A stretch of 64,000 bases of DNA. It comes from a virus. The notes beneath the pieces are model-generated. The model had not been told where the DNA came from, did not search any database, and worked only from the letters and a program-made list of their open reading frames with translations. This document shows, in pieces, positions 57,067 to 64,000 of this stretch. Both the position numbers and the translations under genes were made by a program. Location of the stretch: positions 34,682 through 98,681 of IMG/VR virus record IMGVR_UViG_3300002460_000021; one strand, given 5' to 3'. Numbering within the stretch: the first letter of the stretch is position 1; the number at the start of each line of letters is the position of its first letter.

Positions 57067-57429
57067 CTAGCGGGAAGCAAGGATTTGCGGCAGAATCTTA
57101 AGTAGCGCATTCATAATCTCTGGAGAGTGCTCAATCATCTTACGGATTAGTTGGGCAATAATAGGATGATCGCCGCGACCAACGGCGTACTTAATTTCCG
57201 GGTCTGTTCCGCCATGCAGCAGTAATAGCAGCAGTTTAAACAGGTAGGGTTCAAACATCTTGGCGGCACTAAGTAGCCATTCCTTACTGTAGCCGCGATC
57301 CAGTAGATCTAGTACCAGCTGCAATACCTCTGTGCCGTGTTCTTTGACAAAGTCTCGCGCTATATCGAGATTAAATCCAGCTGTCGACGCGCGATAAATC
57401 ATGTCTTCCATACGAGTCGTTTCTTCCAT
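57067..57429 (-). CDS. Hypothetical helical protein
   Basis: 120-aa ORF in the cassette. Confidence 0.6.
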   Translation of the reverse strand: MEETTRMEDMIYRASTAGFNLDIARDFVKEHGTEVLQLVLDLLDRGYSKEWLLSAAKMFEPYLFKLLLLLLHGGTDPEIKYAVGRGDHPIIAQLIRKMIEHSPEIMNALLKILPQILASR

Positions 57430-57445
57430 GGCTGCACTTCCTTAA

Positions 57446-59350
57446 TTAAGAGACTACTGGAGGATCGGTATGATCCTCATCAGGATTGTCTGCCGCTAAT
57501 TGAATTGCAAACGCGTCAAACGGCATACGCCGTTGCCAGTGTGCTTCCACTAGGCGATAGCGCCCGTTCATTCCGAAGCGTGTTCCCCACGAATTAGGCC
57601 CACCGGGGCACCATTCTTGTCGCCTGGCTGAGTAGTGTAGTTCGTCTTGTGCTAGCGCATGTCCGCCAATGGGCATTTTGGCCACGGGGGCAATACCCTC
57701 GCCATCAAGATCACCGAAGTCACGATCGACTAGAATACCGGACACTACAAGAAATCCGAGTGTAAGCGCTGTACACAATTCATCAAAGCTATTCAGTTTA
57801 TAGGCCTCGGCAATGACATTCTTCTTTGCTTCTACAAATGCCTCCTTGGGGAACTGATTTCGAAACATTGCGCCGCGCGGCATAACTCGTTCGGGGGCAA
57901 TCCCATAGGTCTTGAGGGCAACCAGGGCGTCTGAGATAACGGCGCCTTCGTCGCGGCCGCCGTTGATCAGGCCGTAAACAAAGTGTGCGGACAGGTCTTC
58001 CAGAGGCTGCCCGGAAATAACGCGTGCTTTGGCGGCTGCAGAAGCCGAAGCCTGACCTGTGCAGTTATGGACACCGATACTTTCTGCTACATAACTATTA
58101 TCTCCAGCAACCTCAAAATTATACACTGGACCAGAAAATTTAACTGCCTCTATTTTATGTACTTTCCGCCAAACATGTTTAGTATCCTGTGTAGCATAAC
58201 GATTACATTCCGATGCACACGTAACATAATCTAAATCCCAGCGCGGTTGCCTGTACTTTACACCGTGGCTTGGTCTTTGTTGCGAATAACGAATGGTCGG
58301 TTGTTTTCCAGTCGCGTTGGCTATGTCAAACATCGATAATGTTAAGTCGTGGGATATGCTTACACCGTTGGTAGTGTTACGCCTAGTGAAGCCATCTCCG
58401 TCCAACCAACCTTGTAGTATTGCGGCCATAAAGTCGGCGGGCCCGGATGTTATGTCTGGATGTAATTTTTTATTCCCGGCACCGTTGGAGCACAGCGCCT
58501 CGAATAGCAAAGCCCACGTTTTGCCGAAAATTATTACGTTAATTGAGTTATTGGGACGCCGCTGTACACTGGCTTCCAAGCCCCACTCTTCGCGTAAAAG
58601 TTCAACCAGCTCTGCTACGAGCGTATGTTCCTCTGTAATATTAAAAGTCCAAAGTACACTTGAACCGCTCGTACAGCCTTCGGCAAGAAATAATCCAAAA
58701 ATTCGCCCAGCGCCCTTAGTTAAATGTATAATGTCAGGTATGTGTATAATTATGTGAGTTTTAGCAGCACGGCCGCAAACCCCGGCGAATTTCTTGGCCT
58801 TTCGCTTACGTACTAGACTCCTATGTAATACAACGTGATCTCCTGTTTGTAAAATATTATTTGTACACGGTAAAAATTTCGGTAGCGCTACGGTATCGTT
58901 TTCTTGAAGATCTCTTACCGCAACATATCCTCGTTTGGTAAGTATCGGGTGTTCCGCTGTAGCAGCCAGATGGCGGTGCCCCCACAGCTGTAAACGCAGC
59001 AATTCTTTTGGTTCAGTCCGCACTGTTAAATTAACTACAGTTCCTATATTGCCTTCGGCTGTTAATACGCGATCCAGCAAACAAATTTTCTCTATTGGTC
59101 TTTGGCTGCCGTCCGCCATTCGAATACGAGTACCCGCGGGGAAGCAGCTGCTTTCGGACCCCTGGTCTCTAATTGCGACGCCGCCGTCCATCTTCATCTC
59201 TTGCCACTTAGCGCGCGGCAGGACCGCTTTAGCATCTGCCCAGGCCGGCAGCGCACAATTAAGATGTGGCGGCAGACAGGCTAACGCCCGGTATTCGCCC
59301 GCTTGTTCAATTACCGGAATTCCGGCGTCGTTGTAGATAATCTCACTCAT
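57446..59350 (-). CDS. Papain-like (C1) cysteine peptidase containing an intein
   Basis: DQG...S|C active site, LSAHFVY, GGHAL, NSWG..FG.NG. Confidence 0.9.
   Translation of the reverse strand: MSEIIYNDAGIPVIEQAGEYRALACLPPHLNCALPAWADAKAVLPRAKWQEMKMDGGVAIRDQGSESSCFPAGTRIRMADGSQRPIEKICLLDRVLTAEGNIGTVVNLTVRTEPKELLRLQLWGHRHLAATAEHPILTKRGYVAVRDLQENDTVALPKFLPCTNNILQTGDHVVLHRSLVRKRKAKKFAGVCGRAAKTHIIIHIPDIIHLTKGAGRIFGLFLAEGCTSGSSVLWTFNITEEHTLVAELVELLREEWGLEASVQRRPNNSINVIIFGKTWALLFEALCSNGAGNKKLHPDITSGPADFMAAILQGWLDGDGFTRRNTTNGVSISHDLTLSMFDIANATGKQPTIRYSQQRPSHGVKYRQPRWDLDYVTCASECNRYATQDTKHVWRKVHKIEAVKFSGPVYNFEVAGDNSYVAESIGVHNCTGQASASAAAKARVISGQPLEDLSAHFVYGLINGGRDEGAVISDALVALKTYGIAPERVMPRGAMFRNQFPKEAFVEAKKNVIAEAYKLNSFDELCTALTLGFLVVSGILVDRDFGDLDGEGIAPVAKMPIGGHALAQDELHYSARRQEWCPGGPNSWGTRFGMNGRYRLVEAHWQRRMPFDAFAIQLAADNPDEDHTDPPVVS
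58064..59146 (-). mobile_element. Intein with LAGLIDADG homing endonuclease (361 aa)
   Basis: N-terminal CFPAGTRI.MADG, block B TAEHP, GLFLAEG and GWLDGDG, C-terminal VYNFEV..NSYVA...VHN followed by Cys. Confidence 0.95.
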
Positions 59351-59351
59351 A

Positions 59352-60107
59352 TTAATTGCCCCTCAGTATCTTTACTCGCGCGATTATGTCCGCCTCGGCA
59401 GTTGGCAGCGGCACAGCAACCAGTACCTTGCCGCCATTGTTCTGGATAATTAAAGCGGGGACGCTACCAATCTGCTGTAAGACAGGCGAAAAATTCTTAC
59501 GTTCTAGCGCCGGATCCCTGACGCTGTAAATTCGTGGGATAGCGTTTAGGTCGGCTAGAGCTTTGCGTAACGTAGTAGATACTAGCAGCTTACCCAGCTC
59601 GGGTGTGCGTTTTTGTGGGTCTTCTACTATAGTTACATGTAATTGATCGCTAGCGGGTGTTGGAGTTGGAGTAGGTTCAGGCGTAGGGCCTGGTGTTGGC
59701 GAGGGCCTGGGGTCGGGCGGAGTCACAATAACCTCCGTGCGTGCGGCAGGCGTCAATTTTCCATTAACAACGCCGACGCAAAATATCATGACAGTGGCTT
59801 CGGTGGGCGGAACGCTAACAATTAATTCCTTGGTTGTCGTATTCTCTTGATATTTTAGCTTGGGATGAGTGCCAATAACAATCCAACGTACATCTCCTGT
59901 GCACTTGGCTGTTACTAGTACGAAGCCTTCGTCATACGCCACCTTCTGTGGCGCGCTAATTTCTAGGCCTTCGACTTTAAATTCGGCGGCAGCTGCCGCC
60001 GGTGCAGGTGCCTTGTCTTTCTCTTTGTCCGCGCCGAATGCGGTAGTGAGAAACATCCCTGCTACAATCAGGGCATACAATATCCTTGTCATATACGGCT
60101 CCTTCAT
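59352..60107 (-). CDS. Exported protein with Pro/Thr linker and thioredoxin-like C-terminus
   Basis: Signal peptide; PDPRPSPTPGPTPEPTPTPTP; VPALII...GKVL...PLP. Confidence 0.7.
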   Translation of the reverse strand: MKEPYMTRILYALIVAGMFLTTAFGADKEKDKAPAPAAAAAEFKVEGLEISAPQKVAYDEGFVLVTAKCTGDVRWIVIGTHPKLKYQENTTTKELIVSVPPTEATVMIFCVGVVNGKLTPAARTEVIVTPPDPRPSPTPGPTPEPTPTPTPASDQLHVTIVEDPQKRTPELGKLLVSTTLRKALADLNAIPRIYSVRDPALERKNFSPVLQQIGSVPALIIQNNGGKVLVAVPLPTAEADIIARVKILRGN

Positions 60108-60156
60108 GAAATCTAGTACGAAACATTACCATTGGTAAGCGCCGGCTGTCCACAGC

Positions 60157-60170
60157 AATATCCGGATATT
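60157..60170. repeat. AATATCCGGATATT palindrome, copy 9
   Basis: Exact match overlapping the baseplate J stop codon. Confidence 0.97.
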
Positions 60171-61821
60171 AGGCTACTGTTATTGTCACGTCGCTAGCGC
60201 GGCAAAAGAAGCCCACGGTGTTGGCAGTGACTAAATTAGCAGCGTCTGTACCAACATCTAGCGTAGTGCTTGTAGCCGATAAATTTATATCCGTATTATC
60301 TGCCCGATGCACGCGTCCGGCCAGAGTTGAGGTGGTAATGGTGTTACCTGCGGGTAATAACGCCTGTATCGCCGCGGTGGCAACTGCAACCGCCGCCTTG
60401 CCAGTGAAGCCAATATTATTAATGGCGTCGGCGGCCGCTTGTTTTAGCGGACCAGTAACTAGAGCGGCCGTTCCCGAAGATTGTGTAATTGTTACCGCCG
60501 CCGTTACAAAGCAGGGCACCGGGGCGCGTACGAGCGCATCCCCAGCCAAGCTGCGATTGTTGGAGTTTGACAATGCGTCTTGTAACGCGGTTACGCCGGG
60601 CAAAACTCTAACAAACACGCTATAAGCTTTAGTGGATACGTTTACAGTCAACCCGGATATCGAAGTGTCTGTATCCGTAAATTGCACTGTAGATGTTTCA
60701 TACCTGCTATAAGCAGCTTCTGTAGCTGCAGTTATGTCTGGTAGGAAGATAGTGCTATCAGTGGTTCCTACCGAAATATCGTATCCACGTGTTTCCTGGT
60801 TTATGGTGTAGCCAGCTAGCGCAGTATTGTTGTCGTTGGCCGGGAGTAGTATTTTCTCAATCTCATAGAACCCCGGGGCGTCGTCACGAGTAATCGTAAA
60901 TTGCCACTTACCCTGGCCTCCGGCCGTACTAATCAAAGTAGCTGTTTTAGTTAATTTAACTGACTGCCATAGCGCTTGCGTACGTACCCACACATCTATA
61001 CGGCCTGGGAGCGTAACTGGAAGAATACTGTGGTTACGGCGCTGCTCAGCGTCACCAAAGCCGGTTACAGAGGATGCCAGTATGTTGGCAAATCCTGTCT
61101 GCGCGCGTATTAGCCCATCTACGCCTGTTCGGTTAGCTAGCGATCGCGAAGTCCAGCTACTCTGCTGCCGCGCTAGCAGCTGAGCGTTTGTTTCCGCATC
61201 AGTGCCGCCGGTAAAGTCAGTTGCTACATATGTCGATGAAAGACCTGAGATTGTCGGTGTTGCAGTTAACGCAGCCAGCCGCGGCAAGTTGCCAGCGGTG
61301 CCCACGGCAGTGTCTGTTACGGAGACTGTAAATACGAATGTACCGTTGCCCACGGCAGATATTAGGCGATCAGTAGTTGCTACCACGTTTACTGAAGAAG
61401 TTCGTCCTGTAAATGCAGAGAGTGTCTTATACGTTCTGCCGGCGCCGTCGGTGAAAGTCTGTCCCAGAGGAATTGTTACAGTCACCAGCGAGGTTAGTAC
61501 GATAGCTACAGTACCAGTAGCAGAGGTTCCTGAAGACGGGGTGATACGATAATTTGACATTAACCTGGCGACGGTATCAGCATCCGCCAATGTTGGATCG
61601 GCTGTAATTTCTCGCAAACTATTGGACCGGCGAATACGGTCTATATTATCCTGGTTCACTGCCGCCATGGCGGACGAAAGCACAAGCACTAGATCGTGGA
61701 CCGCGCCGCGTTTAAAGTCGGCTGTCGGGTAGGCCGCCTGCAGCATTGACTTAACTAGCTGCAGGTTAGCGTCAAATGTAGCTTGGTCAAGCTCATCAAT
61801 AGAGGTAACTGTAAGCCCCAT
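60169..61821 (-). CDS. Baseplate J-like protein
   Basis: GTSATGTV, GTAGN, FTGGTDAETN..L..R, GRIDVWV. Confidence 0.85.
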   Translation of the reverse strand: MGLTVTSIDELDQATFDANLQLVKSMLQAAYPTADFKRGAVHDLVLVLSSAMAAVNQDNIDRIRRSNSLREITADPTLADADTVARLMSNYRITPSSGTSATGTVAIVLTSLVTVTIPLGQTFTDGAGRTYKTLSAFTGRTSSVNVVATTDRLISAVGNGTFVFTVSVTDTAVGTAGNLPRLAALTATPTISGLSSTYVATDFTGGTDAETNAQLLARQQSSWTSRSLANRTGVDGLIRAQTGFANILASSVTGFGDAEQRRNHSILPVTLPGRIDVWVRTQALWQSVKLTKTATLISTAGGQGKWQFTITRDDAPGFYEIEKILLPANDNNTALAGYTINQETRGYDISVGTTDSTIFLPDITAATEAAYSRYETSTVQFTDTDTSISGLTVNVSTKAYSVFVRVLPGVTALQDALSNSNNRSLAGDALVRAPVPCFVTAAVTITQSSGTAALVTGPLKQAAADAINNIGFTGKAAVAVATAAIQALLPAGNTITTSTLAGRVHRADNTDINLSATSTTLDVGTDAANLVTANTVGFFCRASDVTITVA

Positions 61822-61832
61822 ATATAGCTCCG

Positions 61833-62297
61833 TTAAGCCACAAAACGACGTCCGGGCGCGGATGGATCGATAACCAGCGGTAGATTAATTAACCCCGAAT
61901 CCCCGGCCTTGTTTTTAATTAAAATGGTCAGTTGCAATAGCCCCGGTGCCACCACTACTTTTTGTATGCCGGCACCTCCAAAACGTTCAGAGTCCGGGTC
62001 TGCGACTGTCTCTTCAGCTGATAGACTACCAGCTAGTTGATTTAAAGCTTGATTGAAGGATACAAAGGCATCAAATTCTGACAACACCTGACCGGGCGCC
62101 AAACTGTCTATAAAGCTAGTGCCGCGCTGGGGCAGGAACGGCAATGAGCCAGTGCTGGTTAGCAGTTCCAAAAGAACTCGCTGGGCCAGTTTTTCCGCTC
62201 CTGTTATTGTACGCCCACTAGGAGAGTCCGCACTGACTATTGTCTGCGTTACGGCGGTAGCGGATGTTTGAAAAAGGGCTAGATCATATGTAGCCAT
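61833..62297 (-). CDS. Baseplate wedge protein (gp25-like)
   Basis: ITG.EKLAQR.L.ELLT..GS..F.P.RGT.F; upstream of the J gene. Confidence 0.7.
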   Translation of the reverse strand: MATYDLALFQTSATAVTQTIVSADSPSGRTITGAEKLAQRVLLELLTSTGSLPFLPQRGTSFIDSLAPGQVLSEFDAFVSFNQALNQLAGSLSAEETVADPDSERFGGAGIQKVVVAPGLLQLTILIKNKAGDSGLINLPLVIDPSAPGRRFVA

Positions 62298-62779
62298 TAG
62301 GCCTCCGCAGATATAGCGGGCCCAGAATACCCGCTTGCTAGCGTATTTAGCAGATAATCTTTAACTGCGGCAAACACACTGAATTCTCCGCCATGACCAC
62401 GTCGGCGGCCGGCTGCGTGGTAATTACACCGTACTGAGGAAGCGTGCCGCGCACGAAAGGCGCGCTCCATGGCGGCAATATAGTCTAATTGGACTTTAGA
62501 CACATAACGATCGGCCAGTCTGCCACCAGCGACAGTGCCGGCCGTTTCCACCGCTTCGGCGTACGCGGCGTTAAATTCATCGCGGCAGAATGCGTCTCCT
62601 ATGCCCGAGATGTTGAATAGATCTCCATTCCATGTTTCCAGAGATGGCATCATCCATAGACGCTGTACACTGGGCGCTACGCCACTGACGAGTACGCTTT
62701 CGCCTGTAGTAAGCGCAGTGCTCTGGAGCTCAGTAAATTGCCTGTCTAGGCAAGTATTTCCAACCTCTGCGATTGGCAT
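62297..62779 (-). CDS. Hypothetical protein
   Basis: 160 aa, coupled on both sides. Confidence 0.65.
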   Translation of the reverse strand: MPIAEVGNTCLDRQFTELQSTALTTGESVLVSGVAPSVQRLWMMPSLETWNGDLFNISGIGDAFCRDEFNAAYAEAVETAGTVAGGRLADRYVSKVQLDYIAAMERAFRARHASSVRCNYHAAGRRRGHGGEFSVFAAVKDYLLNTLASGYSGPAISAEA

Positions 62780-63531
62780 TAGTAGATCCCTGCTGACGGC
62801 GCCATTTCAATTTTTTCTTGAATTTTAGCTTTGCGCTGGCTGACGGCACCAGGCGATAACCGTAACTTGGCCGCGAGTTCTTGGTTAGATAGAATAGGAC
62901 GGCCGTGCAGCCCGGCGGTATGCTCCAAAATAGACTGCGATATTGGGTCGAGGTCGGCGTGTACAAACTTTAGCCAGGCTTCCTGTGTAGCTGCCTTCAT
63001 GGGCGAGATAACCCCAGGCGCTGTAACGTGTGTTCCCTCTTCATCGTGGCGAATTTGAGAACCCTCTGCGTAGGATGGGCGCAATCCTCGTGCGTAGCTT
63101 ATGCGCTTTAACGAGAGCCCGGTATGATCGGCCAATTCTGCGTCGGATGGCTCTCGCCCCAGCGTGTCACGTAGCGTTGCCTCGCCGCCATGCAGGTGGC
63201 CCAGGTCCAAAAGAAGTTGTTCTGGTATGTGCACAGCCTGTAACTCTTTTGTGGCCACGCGACGCAACGACTGTAACTGAGTAAGTAGATGAGTTCGTAT
63301 CTTAGAACGATTAGGATCGTAGTTCTGCAGCGCGGACAAGGTTAATTGCTTGGCCTTACCAACTAGAGTAGGGCTAGCTGCGGAACCGCCGCCATAACTC
63401 CTTATAGCTTCTGTTATTACAGGCTGAACAGTCTTTAACAGTTGACCAGACGTTTCCGGATTAGGGGATTTGCGCCAAGCCGTGTAATGGTCGGCGAACT
63501 CTGGTTCGAGGTAGTTTTTATTCGGCAACAT
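62779..63531 (-). CDS. Sigma-70 family (FliA/WhiG-like) sigma factor
   Basis: YDPNR region 2, LGREPSDAELA region 3, ELAAKLRLSPGAVSQ region 4; AAGGAGG RBS. Confidence 0.88.
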   Translation of the reverse strand: MLPNKNYLEPEFADHYTAWRKSPNPETSGQLLKTVQPVITEAIRSYGGGSAASPTLVGKAKQLTLSALQNYDPNRSKIRTHLLTQLQSLRRVATKELQAVHIPEQLLLDLGHLHGGEATLRDTLGREPSDAELADHTGLSLKRISYARGLRPSYAEGSQIRHDEEGTHVTAPGVISPMKAATQEAWLKFVHADLDPISQSILEHTAGLHGRPILSNQELAAKLRLSPGAVSQRKAKIQEKIEMAPSAGIY

Positions 63532-63557
63532 CGCGGCCTCCTTGCCATTACTTGATT

Positions 63558-63968
63558 CTAACACATTTTTGATAGTGCCGAAATAACACTGCGGGTCGTC
63601 AAATCGTCAGATACCATAAGACCGATAGTTGAAGCCCACTGTGCTATTGTATCACGATATTCATTTAAACCGCCCGTATTATAAATTACCGTGTCGCAGC
63701 TAGCCCTAGTGTACGTTACCGTGGGATCCTCGGCATTACCAGGGCGGCAGACCCATATAATATGATCTAGCAAGTGTTCCGCGCGCGCGGCTTCCAATTC
63801 GCACTTATCACGAATTCCAACAACTATCTCACCCAGCGCCAACGATTCTCTAATAAGCCTAGCGGGATCGTTTTTACGGTACTCGTCTAGGTACTGCTTC
63901 CACAGCATCCTATGCTGATGGCGACGCTCCCAGGCCAGCATCTGACAAATTCCTAGACGCTGAGACAT
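63558..63968 (-). CDS. Hypothetical protein
   Basis: 136-aa ORF. Confidence 0.55.
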   Translation of the reverse strand: MSQRLGICQMLAWERRHQHRMLWKQYLDEYRKNDPARLIRESLALGEIVVGIRDKCELEAARAEHLLDHIIWVCRPGNAEDPTVTYTRASCDTVIYNTGGLNEYRDTIAQWASTIGLMVSDDLTTRSVISALSKMC

Positions 63969-64000
63969 ATACGGCAGGCCGGCCCAGCTGAGCGAGCCGG

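Noticed and set aside
8861-60170. The 14-bp palindrome as a CRISPR repeat
   Set aside because: Copies are kilobases apart, too short, and there are no spacer arrays or cas genes.
1-64000. Stop-codon reassignment
   Set aside because: Core genes are full length in code 11, and TAG, TGA and TAA all end genes at sensible positions.
1-64000. tRNA or rRNA genes
   Set aside because: No cloverleaf or T-loop signature was seen in the intergenic gaps; a tRNAscan run would be needed to exclude them fully.

Overview
This 64 kb window is a segment of a large tailed-phage genome in the standard genetic code, with most genes on the minus strand. The host is probably a planctomycete, judged from the RimI-like and c-type cytochrome genes. 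Left to right: (1) an IsrB/omegaRNA element cut by the window edge; (2) a replication and recombination operon with UDG-fused family A DNA polymerase, DnaG-like primase, DnaB-like helicase, SF2 helicase, a degenerate IS110/Tas-like protein, Rad50/Mre11 and HldE; (3) an IS607-type TnpB element, Bro-N and HNH genes, and a degenerate rolling-circle Rep-like gene beside a ~900 bp hairpin-rich non-coding region (candidate origin); (4) small accessory genes, a plus-strand terminase, RimI and a MoxR/vWA pair; (5) a tail-fibre region with glycosyltransferases; (6) a cassette of exported proteins (two with CxxCH motifs, plus an intein-containing papain-like protease) between baseplate genes; (7) a sigma factor. 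The strongest unexplained signals are a perfect 14-bp palindrome AATATCCGGATATT present nine times, a family of at least ten ~70-aa Ser/Arg-rich microproteins threaded through core operons, the domesticated IS110/Nop-like protein, and an ADP-heptose/GT9 glycosylation set next to Ser-rich virion proteins. All family calls come from motif recognition by eye; no database searches were run.
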